DNA of 64,000 nucleotides from Enoplolaimus lenunculus (Eukaryota), in contig JASANG010000641.1 of assembly GCA_030248215.1 (NCBI GenBank), forward strand, positions 248,001-312,000, read 5' to 3'. The position numbers and the translations under genes were made by a program. Positions within the stretch are counted from its first letter, which is position 1, and the number at the start of each line of letters is the position of its first letter. The notes beneath the pieces are model-generated. The model did not search any database. It was not told where the DNA came from and worked only from the letters and a program-made list of their open reading frames with translations. Of this stretch, positions 25,801 through 39,539 are shown one piece after another.

Positions 25801-26965
25801 CTCCTTTTTTAACTGGTGGTCCACCAACAAATTCACCAGGATCTAGTCCTGGAATTATTTGAGCTACTAGCGGTGGTCTGTTATTGGGTATGCCAGGTCC
25901 AATCCAGTCAGAATTAGCCAATGGCAGACCAGGTCTGTACGCCACTGGACCAATAGGATGTCTCGCTATGGGATATCCAATCACTGACGCAGGAGGTGGC
26001 ATATGATGCTGCATTATGATTGGCTGGGGAAACGGTCTAGGTCCTTGTTGAGAGTAACCAAACTGTGGAGCTCCCTGGGTCGCTGTCGATGATTTTTGTA
26101 AGTCACTGGAATTAGAATTCCCCTCCTTTCCATGTTGAGGGTTCAGCCCTGACGTATTGTGGTTTGGCGGTCCCTGTATTTGCCCGTTCGCAATTTCGTT
26201 CAGTGACAATCGTGTATCCGCACTGCCTGATTTTCGACCGACATTTGAAGCCGGTACCAAATGAGGGACCAATCCTTGCCCTCCGCTATCGTGGGTAGAA
26301 TCATTGGTTCCTGGTGGTTCGCGACATGCCGCAGGTGTTCGGCCTGACCTACCAACTAACTGATGTTGTTGTTGTGGTGGTGGTTGTTGTTGTTGTTGCG
26401 GTTGTTGTTGTTGTTGTTGTTTCTCTTCTTTTGCATCGACTTTTCTATTCGAGGCCTCTGTTACAGATTGTGCAGCGAGTACTAGCTGATCATTATTAGT
26501 TTTCTCATTTGTACTGGTCGAATTTATCGTAATTTGTTCGTTGAAAAGTTGTGGTCTCATTGGTTCATTAAGACCGGTTACTGAATTAGAACCAGTGTTT
26601 GCTGAATAAATATTTCCGTTTGGCGCGACGGCTCCAGGCTTATTCGCGTACGCGGGTGCAAAGTTTGGTTGATAGGCGTCAACTTCACCAGCGAGATGTC
26701 CCAGCGAATGTGCCCGATTGAGTACCAGTTCACCTCGCTGATTGTACGAGTAATCAGGCCTAAGTTGAGCCGGAGCGAGCGTCCTGGGACTGGGTCCCGA
26801 TTGCATAACAGCAGTTCGGCCTCCAATTGCGCTTGGATTTGCTGAATATTGGCCTATCATTTCGGTCTGCCAAGATATGGAGCGGTCTCCAAATGGTCCA
26901 TAACTATGAGGACCGCCGCTGATACCAATTACAGAATTATTATACGCTGATTGCTTGTTTCCCAT
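18174..26965 (-). CDS. Large (~1906 aa) low-complexity, Q/S/N/P/G-rich protein of unknown function with an N-myristoylation-like start (MGNKQS)
   Basis: Phase-consistent minus-strand exons: 26965-25184, 24420-23473, 22547-22307, 21920-20886, 20246-19069, 18710-18174 (5721 nt including TAA). Donors are GTAAG/GTGAG; acceptors are TTTTAG/TTCCAG/TTTCAG/TTCTAG. Long open frames in AT-rich DNA. No globular domain recognised. Confidence 0.82.
19831..19887 (-). repeat. (CAA)19 coding microsatellite (polyQ)
   Basis: Perfect TTG x19 on the + strand within exon 5 of the minus-strand gene. Confidence 0.9.
20540..20695. mobile_element. MITE, TTAGGC-carrying family
   Basis: GGCCATGTATAGAACA...TGTTCTATGCATGGG; internal AAGCCTAAGCCTAAGC. 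Closely resembles 63111-63264. Confidence 0.75.
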
Positions 26966-27389
26966 TTTGTTGTGTCAAATTTGACAGCTAAAATAGTCTT
27001 TGTATTCAATTTAATACAATGTTCTTTAAATATGTTTCTACTTATTTTGATAAGTTTTATAATATGGATAGTTTGTTAAAGGCTGTAATAAAATACGTAG
27101 GATACATTACGACAAGTAGGCACGAAGCCACAATTTTCAATTTGGAAGGGTCCAGGTGTCCCGAGAATGGAAACAAACAAACAAACAAACAGCGTTCATG
27201 AATTCGCCACGGAAGCGAGCAAGAAACCAGACCAAATTATACAACTTAATCTCTGGTTTCACCAGAGCCAACACTTTTCCATTTTCCTGGTTAGAAGGAA
27301 TCCTGATCCCCCAAACCTTTTATGACTGGACATAATCTAAAAGTGCAACCTAACATGGATCTAAGAAGAAATACCGTGCATATAAGGTT

Positions 27390-27820
27390 AAAAGGCCTAA
27401 GATAGGGGGCCTGATATTTATTTGGCCTCTCCAGAGGGTACCCCCCTTGTTATTCGGTTACGGACTGTTATTTATTTTCAACCCACGCTCCGCCGCCCTT
27501 CGTTACTGACATATATCCAATACTGCAGTTATCCGTTGAATTAAACGTTTATTTGCTTTGTGTTAATAGCTTGAGCGATAATACAAGGTTATATTTAGGA
27601 ATGTACTTTCAAAATTTAAGTAAGCTTTAAAGTTTCGAACTCAAATTATTTGGTCCTGGAGTCATTTATGCGCTACAATTTAGGGTTAATTGACATTTAT
27701 GGACTCTAATTAGGTTTAGGGACTTTATCCGCTTACGGACTCTTATTAGTGATACGGACTCCTACTGATTCGGACTCAAAATGGAGACCCCCTCTTAGTA
27801 CCCCCACCTTATTCGGGCCA
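27390..27820. mobile_element. Dispersed repeat / MITE (CCCGAATAAG family)
   Basis: Long similarity to 35505-35915 (TTGTTATTCGGTTACGG...TATCCGCTTACGGACT...GACCCCCTC). Partial copies at 58820-58975 and 15650-15782. Confidence 0.7.
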
Positions 27821-30800
27821 ATACAGTAATTAATCCTAAAGAACTAAAATCGTTTGATACGCAATCAATTGAAAAGCAAGAAGTACGTAAACAAATACAA
27901 CAAAATAAAACAAGACAAAATAAGCAAACAAACAAACGAACGAACGAACGATTAAGTAACCAATCAGTAAATTATACCTCAAAATGCTAATCAAGAAACA
28001 TCAGCAAATAGCGTTGAGACAAAAAGCATTTCGAGTGTGTGCAAATTTACAAATTCGGGATTCGTCCGAGACCGAATCAGACAAAATATTAATTTTAGCA
28101 TGGCAATCGTTAAACAATGCTCCCGTAAAAGTCAGCGTCTCTACCTGACAAATACCGTTCGAGTTGAGGGTCGTGACCCTTTGGGTCCCCCTTTCGTGCT
28201 CATCTACGACTCGAGTATGCTTGTATAGCGCAGAGTATTAAGCTAATAATTCCACACTAAAATGTGATCATCAAATTGAAAAATTATGTCTTAGTTTTTA
28301 TTTGATTTGAAGCTGACGTATACTCGAAACCGCAAGATTATATGCGCATCGATCAAAGAAAAGCATAATTTAGAGTGCGTTTTAGTATTAAAATTAGCAA
28401 ACCCGTATAGTACGAAAGAAGCTGTGTATAATCGTAGCAGCGTTGCACTAATGAGTGATTAAGTTGTCACGAAATATCTAAGCTAAACTTCAGAATGAAA
28501 TTTAGACTGTGGTTTAGGATTGGGTTCTGGAATTGGTTACAATCGTTGATTTAAGATTAGCTTTCAAACGAGCAACATTTGAAACCCGTTTAAGCTGCTT
28601 ATCGCTTCTAACAGTAGGTCATTTTAGCGTTCTGGTCGAACTGTAGTTTGGTTTCAAATATTGGATTCTTTGACCACCCGCACCACATGGCTGGACTGGG
28701 TTTAAAACCCGGCTCTGTCAGTTTGGTATTAAAACCGACCCACTACTGACTAACAAATGAAAAAAATTTTGAATTTGTTGAGTGGGTCAGATTTCACCAG
28801 GCCATCGGGCAATTACCGATACGCCAGATCGCCAAGCTACCTGTGACCGACCGGTTCGAAACGTTTTCGACCGCATAAACAAAATTGTATTTTTGGAAAA
28901 AATTTTTGCTGTGCGGAGATTATTTCACATGACTTACAACAAGCGGGGCTGTCAAAAATTGATATTTGAATAATACTTTTAGTTCAAAACAAAAAACAAC
29001 ATTCGATCTTAATAAAGCCATGCCGCCGTCAACTCCGTTCGTAGACTTTAATGAATCGTTTTTCGTAAAATATATTAAGGTTGTCTACTTTTTTTCGATA
29101 CAAATATTTTCTTGAAATATGCCTGAAAAAACATATATATACAACGATTTTGCTTCAATTTTAATAACGCCACAGTTACTCATTCTGTGGATTGTTTATT
29201 AACACAAGGGCTCTTGTCTTAAACTTTTCAAACAAATAAAAAGATCAAAACAAAAATTTCTTTAAAATTATAGCCAAACCATGGGGTGGTATTTTGAATT
29301 TTTGTTGTTTTTTGTGACCGCTTTTGAAGTGTTTTGATAGGTGGTACTTGTAGATAGAGACAAAAGCAATATATACATATATATATATATTTATATATAT
29401 ATATATTATATATATATCTATATATATCAGGAGCGGCCGGATACCAAAATAACGGAGCCGGAGCATCAAATATCCGGCCGGAGTCGTATAATGAACGCAA
29501 CGACTTGTCGCAGCATTTTGATAAGAACCACGCAGTGTCTGCAAAGGACATTAGACAGAACCTTTTACATCAACATAAAATTGATGACTTAGGTGAAACT
29601 CTTAACATTTCTGAAATAGATTCGAAATCGAAAGCAATCCAGCTCACTGCTAAGTGCAACAAATGTAGGGCAATTTTTTTGCAGGGCCGATGCTGATACT
29701 CACGAACAGGACCGATTATTATACCGATATCGATCAGATTAATGGTCACGTCCCTACATCCAGTCACTACATATGCTGCAATATGCGTCAGATGCAACGG
29801 TAATCTGATCGACTAGACAAATGATAAAGAAGAACAAAAAATATTTGTTCGACCTCTTGCTTAAGCGACAGTTTAAAGCTCAAAGTTTTCGACACATGCG
29901 TAGTTTAATACTTTCGGGTCATTTGTCTCATCACAAAAAACAGGTGCTATAGGTCAAAATTAGAATTTCTGCCAACAAAAGCTAATTTAACTTTCAGAAA
30001 TCCGTGTTGCACCGCTTGAACTTTAAGACAAAGCTACCATACTTAAGTTTAAACTTTAAGTCATGACTCTGCAACCCAGTAACACTAGCTATTGTTTAGC
30101 TAAAATGGTTATATAGATCGCTTGCACTTTCGACTCTTTGTTGCAAGAACACCGCAATATGCATCTGAAGCAATGACAATTTGGTTGACTACACAAACGG
30201 TACAGGCTAACAAAAGAAATAATTGTTAAAACCTCTAGTTTTCATATTTTAACAGCGAGTTCAGAGTCTGCGAATCATTTGACTTTTGCCCGAACTGAGC
30301 ATTTTTTCTAGTTTAAATACGGTCTGTATAAATTGCCACACATGCAAATTACTTAGCTCCTCACTAATTAGCGATATAACATATGATCAGCCTGATAGTC
30401 TTGTTAAATAAGGACTCAACGGCACTGAAGCAGATATCATTTTACCGTGAGATTTTTGGACAACAAAACCGCCCGTGTTAGCCAAGTTTCGCTCACGAAA
30501 CTATAGTTTTCTACTACGACTGGCTTTTAGAAAATTTCCCTGCGAAGCTTCGAATGTATATATTCATGAATTAAACAAAATATAAACAAAATATACTGAA
30601 TACGTAATTGGTTCCGGATTCGACACGTCATTCATCGACCCATACTGACACGGTCGTAGTTTTCTTTCAATACATGTCCTTATACAACTAGGACCAGCTG
30701 CACCATTTGTGCAACAATAACTTTAGTTGGCGATAAAAAATGTTTCCTACCTGACCACGTCACCAATTTCTTTTAAATCCCGCAACTTTAAATTATTATA

Positions 30801-31216
30801 ATCGGATTCATAATGAAATTATTGTTCGTGTTATTGCCCGACCACCCCACATTCAACGTTGACTACAATTCACTGGACTTATATTAACACTCGCTCTCGC
30901 TGCAAATATGACAACAAAAAAATCAATGTCTTCATACGACTTTACGAAAAATCAGCAAAAGCGAAAAAAATAAAGTTTCTGCAAAATTTCAGAAAACTTC
31001 AGAGCAAAAAATAATAATAGAAATTTTAACAATACTTTTAATTGTCAAATAATAACTGTTATTTGTAGTGAATGTGTACGGGAAACAGCCCCGGCATTCG
31101 TAGGTTACACCGTTATAGAGCGGACTTATGAACGAATCTTAATACACAAAATATGTAATTTGACTATGGATCTGTACATAGTTTATGCATACAGTGCTGA
31201 TACAATACAACTCTTA

Positions 31217-31454
31217 CACTGTAAATTCCAATGAGTTGATTTTTACTTATTGAGAATTAGTTATTTTTGGTTATTTCTGAGTTAATAACAATAAGCATTA
31301 CCTCACGCTGAGCTGATTTAATTCCGAATCAGCTGATTAATTAACTCAGATTGAGTTCAATTAATTGAGTTCTGAACGACCTGATTCAGTGCTCAGGCTT
31401 CTGAGTGGATTCAACACATTCTGAGTTAGAATCAACTCGCTCGAATTTACAGTG
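31217..31454. mobile_element. Tc1/mariner-type (Stowaway-like) MITE
   Basis: TIR CACTGTAAATTC / GAATTTACAGTG flanked by TA on both sides; internal GAGTT/AACTC repeats. Confidence 0.75.
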
Positions 31455-31550
31455 TATAGACGTTGAAATTTTTACCTCTAACTCAAATAGTAATGAGTCT
31501 GAGTTGAAAGCGTGACGCTGCAGATGACCCATGAACCTTATGACCGGTTT

Positions 31551-31730
31551 GGAATCTACGACAATTCGTCGCTCGACAACTTGTCGCTCAACAGTGTCCT
31601 AAAGCGTATATATCAATCTAAGCATAAACTTAACCGTAATCAAAAGTCTAAGCATAATCATAACCGACGAATTGCCGAGTCGATGAAGTTTCGGATTACA
31701 AGGTGTCGGGCGACGAATTAACATGATACC
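31551..31730. mobile_element. MITE, GACAATTCGTCG family
   Basis: GACAATTCGTCGCTCGACAAC...GGGCGACGAATTAACATGATACC. Confidence 0.7.
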
Positions 31731-34145
31731 GACCCGCTCGTCTCATGACCCTGGCTAAGTTTGCGAACAAACCAAAATAATAATGAATATAATCATTCAC
31801 CAAAATGCAAAAAATACACAAAAACCACACCAATAAAGATAGATCGAATTGAGCTTTGAGCCGCGCGGGCAACCCACATTAGAGTCGTTAAACGCAACGA
31901 AAAGTTACTTTGATTCAGACTAAATTTACTGAAAAGCATATATTTTTACTGCGAGCAACATCAGGTCACACGAGTACAAATTATTGCCCTGTGACGCAAA
32001 TCGACCCACCAGAAAACCCGATTCAATTTTGATCAGCCATCGCTAATCCGCTTTCAACTCTGATGAAAGTAACAAGAAACTACTTCAGTTTTATAGGTGC
32101 AGTTAAAATATAGGGCAGCCGTTGACAGGTTTCGAAAGATGGTTTCTACAACCACGGAACAAGAAGTAAACACTTGCTCTATAAACGAAAGAACCAGTTG
32201 TAAGCGGTTTCACATTTACTACAATTTGTACTTAAGCCTTGTTTTTTTCATAACTCCTCATTATTTAATGCTTTATTTCATATGTGCTCCTACAGTATTT
32301 TATAAGTAGATTTTGCAAGTAAACCTATTGTATTGTATTGTAAGAACGATCATCTCTATGTAACCCCTTTGTCTAACGGTTTTCTCAAGTCCGATCATCC
32401 AGAAAAAATAGTCCGGCCATTGCTGGACGGCCGACGATAGGCCTGGTTTATTCAAAACTACGTTAATTAAGTCAAAAATCTTTCAGTTTTATTTCGTTAG
32501 CTACGCTTGATCTGAAAAACATTAATCTATCATTGTACAACGGTATATTTCCAAATATAAAACCCTGGCTACGCCCCATGATTTCAAAAATATTAAATTT
32601 TAATTTGCATTTCACCAAATGACAAAACGTTTTAATCAACGCTATTGAAAACAAAAATAATATGCAATATATATAACAATATTTTCAAGTTTCTATTGCC
32701 ACTCCGTTCATGATCGGTGTTGGCTTGGCGCAGTGCAATAATTCACAAATTATGCATCGGCAGAAATTTTGTCACAAAATGATGTTAATATTCAATATTT
32801 GCAGCATGCGCGCACATACCAACCATAGTGTAAACCAGAGCGCAAAACGCAGTTTGCGAAGAAAGTTTGCAAAATTGCAAAAATATTCATTGCATCAGAT
32901 GTGTTAAGTCACACACACATACCAGTAATATACAGTAACGTACCGATACCAAAGGAATCCAGGGCGCGGGCTCAGCAAGCCATCATTCGAATATATTTGC
33001 TAGGTACGCTCACTGCTTAGCTAAACCTTTTAGCTTAGTTTACCTTATGACCCGATATTTTGAAAATGTTTTTTGGCATCAACCCCCTTCAATTTAAATT
33101 ATCCTGCAGACCAGTGCCAACACATAAAGTGTTCAAATGTGTTTAGAAATAGAAAAATAGTCGTTTAGTTATAGCAGAAAATAGACAAAGTCATAAACAG
33201 TAATAATTGTGCACGCAGGTTGCAACTTACTACCTTTACATGTGCAATTTGATTGTTTCAACCTGGGGGCGTACACAAGCAATACCATTGCGTATCTATC
33301 TTTTCGAAATTTGAGTGAAAACAGGCTTTTCAGAATATGCAGCTGGTTCGTAGACGAAAACAAATATCTCACATGTGACGCTCGTTCTGAAAAATCAACT
33401 GAAGTTTTGGCTGCGTACCTGTTTGCAAAATGCAACTAATGTAAATCCAAGATGCGTTATACACATATATCGATACATATTTTGTTTATGCAGAAATGCC
33501 GAATTTCTATGCGCATAACGCGCGTATTAAAATGTTTTGCAATGCGCGAAAATAATTGCAGTTGCACTTTTTCTATGTGCGCACGGACGAATCCAAAATG
33601 GTACACCATAGGCCAGCCAGAGCATAGGAGGTGTCCGAACCCGAACAAGAATCAAAACTAAAATATTGTACCATGATCTGAGTACTAAAATTGCATTTGG
33701 TTTTTCGCTCGCTTCGACCGCGAAGTTTATTATCATATTTTATATCGTGCAGCCACCCATATTTGAAATTTCTGGATCCGCAACTGCATGTACGCATCAT
33801 TACAATTCTTCGCAAACAGTGTCTGCGTACTTAAGATGATGCTTAGTAATGGTTCGGTTTGAAACAACAAAATATTCGATACACTGGTGTACGAAAACAT
33901 GGAATTGCTGGGATCAACTTCGAAAATGTTTAATATTTAAAATATTGGTGTCTCCTATACAGTTTCCCCCCCACATTTAAGGTTAAAACGTACGCTTAGG
34001 TCATGAGTTTTGGCCAAGATTTAGGCTTGGGCATAGGTAAACCTTGCCCGAAACCAAAGCCTACTGGGGAAGTGTTCAAATGTGACATAAGCTTTTAGGA
34101 TGACATTGGCAAATCGTTAATAACGTTTCAATGGGAAACCGCTGT

Positions 34146-34548
34146 TTCCGGTCAAATATCAATCGGTATTGAAGAGTTCCGGTCAAATATCAATCGGTAT
34201 TGAACAGTTCCGGTCAAATATCAATCGGTATTGAAGAGTTCCGGTCAAATATCAATCGGTATTGAAGAGTTCCGGTCAAATATCAATCGGTATTGAAGAG
34301 TTCCGGTCAAATATCAATCGGTATTGAAGAGTTCCGGTCAAATATCAATCGGTATTGAACAGTTCCGGTCAAATATCAATCGGTATTGAACAGTTCCGGT
34401 CAAATATCAATCGGTATTGAAGAGTTCCGGTCAAATATCAATCGGTATTGAAGAGTTCCGGTCAAATATCAATCGGTATTGAAGAGTTCCGGTCAAATAT
34501 CAATCGGTATTGAAGAGTTCCGGTCAAATATCAATCGGTATTGAAGAG
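34146..34548. repeat. Minisatellite, 13 x 31 bp (TTCCGGTCAAATATCAATCGGTATTGAASAG)
   Basis: Head-to-tail copies with period 31 and no spacers. The only variation is G/C at one position (C in units 2, 7, 8). Confidence 0.95.
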
Positions 34549-35504
34549 TTTGGTTGCCTGTTCTCCTCTCAGTTAGGTCCATGCTTTGTGTGCACCATAC
34601 CTGTTTAACACAACAGTGAGTTTTTTTAGGTTGTGCGCGTGTGCCAGTAAATGTAACGTGCCTTTACCCCGTTGCGTCCCACTGTTTTGAGAATCCGGCA
34701 CAAAATAATGAACTCAAATTTCAGCAAAACGCTTAGAATTGTGCTTTAGGTAACATGGGCTTAGATAGTGGCAGATCCAGAAATTTGGGATGGCCGAGGC
34801 CGCGCAATATATATATTATATACATATAAATGTATACATATAATATATCTGCTCTAAGCTGGAAGCCAACTGCAATTTTTTTACAGAATTTTAACGCAAT
34901 ATTTTTGTGTTGATCGCCTTGAATGGCGGTGACCTTAACGTTGGCCACATGTTTGAATCTGAGACCTGTCTCAAGCTTGTATGCTTCGGATTATTATACG
35001 CGCCAGCTCAACGCAAGTGTACTTCAAGACTTAACTACTCAGGATAAGTTTATGTGCTGTTTAATATTTTAGCTAAGAAAATTGAATAAACAAATTTGTT
35101 AAACGGTCCGAAAAAGCATTCAGCAATATACAAATTTACAGCTGAAAAACAATCTTGCAAATATTCCTGAGTTATAAAAATATCGGTACAGACAAAGTGT
35201 CGTTATCGCTGAACGATGCAAAACTTAAAATGTTTTGTGCCAAATGTTTTTTTACTAAATTTCATAATTTAAAAGTTTTATTAAAATTTAAAATTCGTAA
35301 TAGCAAATTAGTGCTATTTTACTGCTAAACGTTTCGTAAAAACGTCCATGTGAAAGCGGTCACTGTCACAATACGAATTGTTATTTGTCAGATAAAGATC
35401 CTGCTTTATTGCGCAGTTGGTCCATCTATAAGAGTGGATAATCGCTTTTTAACAAGAGTGTGCAAGTGGATACATTCTGTGTACAAAAGAATGTATTGTA
35501 GCTA

Positions 35505-35915
35505 CCCGGATAAGAGGGGGTTGATATTTATTTGGCCTCTGCAGTAGGTTACCCCCTGTTATTCGGTTACGGTCTGTTATTTATTTTTAACCCGCCCTCC
35601 GCTGCCGTTCATCACTGCTATATATGCGGTATTGCAACTATCCGTTCAATTAAACAATTATTTGTGTTTTCTCAAAAAACTCAGCGATAATGCGAGATTA
35701 TACTTAGGAATGCACTTTCAAAACTTAACTATGCTTTAAAGTTTAGAACTCAATTTTATTTGGTCGCGGAATCATTTATGCACTACAATTAGGGATAATT
35801 GACATTTATGGACTCAGATTACGATTTAGCAACTCTATCCGCTTACGGACTTTTATTAGGGAAACGGACTACTATTGATTGGGACTCAAAACGGGGACCC
35901 CCTCAATTCGGTCAC
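35505..35915. mobile_element. Dispersed repeat / MITE (CCCGAATAAG family)
   Basis: Colinear similarity with 27390-27820. Confidence 0.7.
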
Positions 35916-36984
35916 CACAGTACTCCAAAGTACGTCGCATTTTTGGCCAATCTCCTCCTTATTTGAGGGTGTATAATTCAGAAGTTCGTTCAATCTTAAA
36001 CGTTAACATAACTGCTTAGCAAGGTTGTTTTGTTTACATTTTACGAAAGCGTGCAAATTTTGCGTTATTAGCGCCATGTACCCGCACCCAAAATGAGGGG
36101 GTAAGCGACAAATGCAACATGCACCTTTTCGTTCTATCTATTTTTGGTCAGTTGCACACTCTTGTTTAGAGACATCATCGACTCTTGGTTCATCCAATAG
36201 GTTTAAATCAAATATCGTCACTTGTACCCTCTCAACGCCTGGAAACCCAAGAAATTCAAAACCTTATAACAGGCGAATACAAAATAGCAACTGCCATATT
36301 AAGTATAAGAGCGTGTCCAAATGCCTAATCCTAAACCTAAAGCTTAAACTTGAGCCATAATTCACATGGACCATCATAGCACGAGACAGCCTTTGAATCG
36401 TTGAAAAATTTTAACTTTTCTGTGTTAGTGACCTCGAAAACGAGTAATATTTTGAACACAAAAATTCAACGTAAGTTTCAACGAAAGCTACTGTCCGTTA
36501 TGCGGATTGAAAATACCATCGTTAAATCACAGATTAATAGTTTAAACTTCAGTGCTGAGTTATATAGTTCGAGCGAAACTAAACTTTTTTTGAAAATTTC
36601 AAACACGCAGCATAGTTTGCATTTATTATTGTTGATACAGATATTTATTGTAAAAAAATTGAACAGTGGAATGGTTTTTAAATTTGAAATCTCAAATTAA
36701 AATTTATATTAGCAAATTTTGAATTATTCATTTTGCGCTTGACAAACAAAACGGTCCAGTGGGCCACGGAAGCTTTACACGTGGATTAAGTAAGAAAGCC
36801 AAAAACCAACATTTTCCTCTGCGAGATGTGAAAATTTTCAATCTCTATAAAAAAGGTGACAAAAGTATGACTGCATTTACGTTTGAACAATTAAACCAGT
36901 GCTACGGAAGGGCATAACCCAGAACTGTGCCAGCGCTCCACCGTAACCCCGGCTGTGCTGGTTGGGGCGGGCTGAAGAGCAATT

Positions 36985-37232
36985 GCGGATCCAGAGTGGG
37001 CGGTCGCCGTACGCCCCCCTTCAGAATTTGCGCCTTGGAAAGTTTTTTGTAAAAAATACAATTTTTCTCAAAGAATTTTTTGTGATAAAATGGCAAGGTC
37101 TTTCAAACCTTACAATTTAAACCCCTCAGAAAATTGTTTGGCGATAAAATGATAAGGTCTCTAACTTACAATTTTTGCGTTTCATGACATTTGCCAGCCC
37201 GCCATCCGTTAGAAATTTTTGGATCCGCCTCT
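36985..37232. mobile_element. MITE with GCGGATCCA termini (hAT-like)
   Basis: GCGGATCCAGAG...TTTGGATCCGCCTCTG inverted ends. Related ends at ~33770, ~34770, ~39850 and ~46430. Confidence 0.55.
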
Positions 37233-39539
37233 GTGCGGAGGTCAAGTCACCGCATCTCAAAAACAAATTTAGAAACTCAGTTGGGTTGAAAAGTTTAGTT
37301 TTTTAGTCGCGTTCGCTTTGCTCGTGTAATTTTTTCGATTTGTGTCAATGATGCAGTCGCTTGGAAGTCAGAACCCAGCAAAATCGCTCCACACAGTAAA
37401 GACGATCTATTTCTAAATTTAAAACGGACCTAACAATGCCATAACCTGCAGTAAATTCCGGATCGTAGCCAGAAGAAGACGGCTCAGCCCCCTGGACGAT
37501 GGGCCCGTAACCAAAAGTGGGGCCTCAGCTTTCTGAACGAATTTTCCCCCCAAACTACTTTTCATCCTTGCTTGTGATTCATCAAAAACCCTTGTATGCC
37601 CCGTCTGCAGAATGTCTAGCCACCCCTAGCAAGTGAACTGGCTACGGGCCTGAGCAAACTATCCTCATTAGAAAACTATTTACCTTTGCTTTAAGTCATC
37701 AAACCCATTGCATGCTCCTCGTGACAAATATTTAGCCACCCCCCCTCCCCCGCAATTGAGCTGGCCCAGGCCTCAGTAAAATTGACCTCATTAATAAACT
37801 ATTTACCTCTCAGTCTCACAGATTCAATTAAAGAATAGATTCATTGATAAAATGAATAGATTACAAAATAATAGGCGAATTATTTTAATTTGACATCTGG
37901 TGTGCTCGATATGTGAGTTGTACGATCAAAATACAGTTAAAAAACCCCCAACGTTACGCCATGACACACACATATTGGGATTTTTTTGAACCAATTAAAT
38001 GGCTAATTTTGGTAAAAAAATAAATTTTAGTTCTAAAAATAATTACGCTTTATGTGAAAGTAGCGAAAATATTAATACGAAACCTAAACAACAACAGTGG
38101 ATTCTGGACGAAGGAAAAACGTCGCCGATGTCCGAAAAATTTGGTTTCACGAATGCTAAGTTTCTTGTGTATACAAGTGGGATAGCGGGATGAATTTAGT
38201 ACAGTCCAGTGGCGTTGTGGAAGGAGTGCTATCCAATGAGAGATTAAAGGAGTGCCGAAAATCACTCTTGCTGTACTTGCAATTTGAAACATTTTACCGT
38301 TAGCGGTTCTCGATTTTACTTTGTCCTTATAGATTAAATAAAAAAATGTGGCCGGCTTGGGACTCGCTTCGCTCATGAAGTTATTCTGTTTTTATATAAT
38401 CCCAAAACTAACACTCAAAGCCAAAAATATTGTGTTAGGTTTAGATACATTTTGTAAGCAAAACTTTGACACCCTCGAGATTTAATTTGACCATTCTTAT
38501 TCTATATTTCCTTCGATCCTTGGTTACCTTTAGAGATATTTCGGGCTGGAACGCGCTAAAGACAGATTTAGGGCAAGAAAAAATAGTACTTGTTACTGGA
38601 CATGACACAAAACTAAAATGTGATTGATCAAAAACTTTTAGACCCTGAATAACAACGTACCGAAATGAAATCTGACAAACCTCCCGCTTAAGTTCTCTTG
38701 CAAATATTATGTAAACTTGAGGGACTGTTGACAGTGCTTTTAAACAATCCTGCTTACGGAGTCGCTTGTATTGCACCAATACCCGACAGCGCACCAGCCT
38801 CCGTAGCGAATATGCCCTCCCCTCTGATCATTCTGAAGCTGCAGCTGAACAGAATTAAGTTAAAACAAAATGAAACTGTTAAGCTTATACCATTGATACG
38901 ATATCAACAAAATGCACCAGCATAACCGCAGAACGGAACTAAAACATTGCCCTTCTCGTCCGGTGCCCTCTGTATAAAAGGGTTGAATAAAGTTTAATAA
39001 TTGTCTCTCTTCTAGGCAGAAATCGTAATCAACGCAATCTGCTATTTTAAGGGGGCAGAGGAGATGTGGTAAAAATAATAAGCTTGCAAGCGATGCTAAA
39101 ACATTTCTAATAGCGGGCCAAAATTTTTCAAGGAAACGGATTATCAAACTGGTCACGTCCTGGCAACGGGCTCGCTCCTGGAGTAATCATGACAAAACCT
39201 GATAAATTTCAGCCCAAACTCAACAACCACCGCAATGTTTAAAGATCTTAATATTCTACGTGGAAACAACAACGTGGCGCATCTAAAACTCTAGCAATAC
39301 TTGCAATACTTGCATGCATTTATCGACTGAACGCTGTATATGGACACTGCGAAATGTACATGAACTGTAATGCATTTTGTAGTACAAAATGTATATTTAT
39401 GCACACGCCTCTTTAACTACTAGGGATGTGCAGTTTGCAATACTGTATATTAACAATTAAAACGTAAACATGATGTGTTGGGTCTTAGCACACATAGAAA
39501 ATGTTTTGTTTAAATGGGTTTGTTCGGTATGGCATTTTC

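Noticed and set aside
34146..34548. CRISPR array
   Set aside because: The 31-bp units are contiguous with no unique spacers, there are no cas genes, and the context is eukaryotic. It is a minisatellite.
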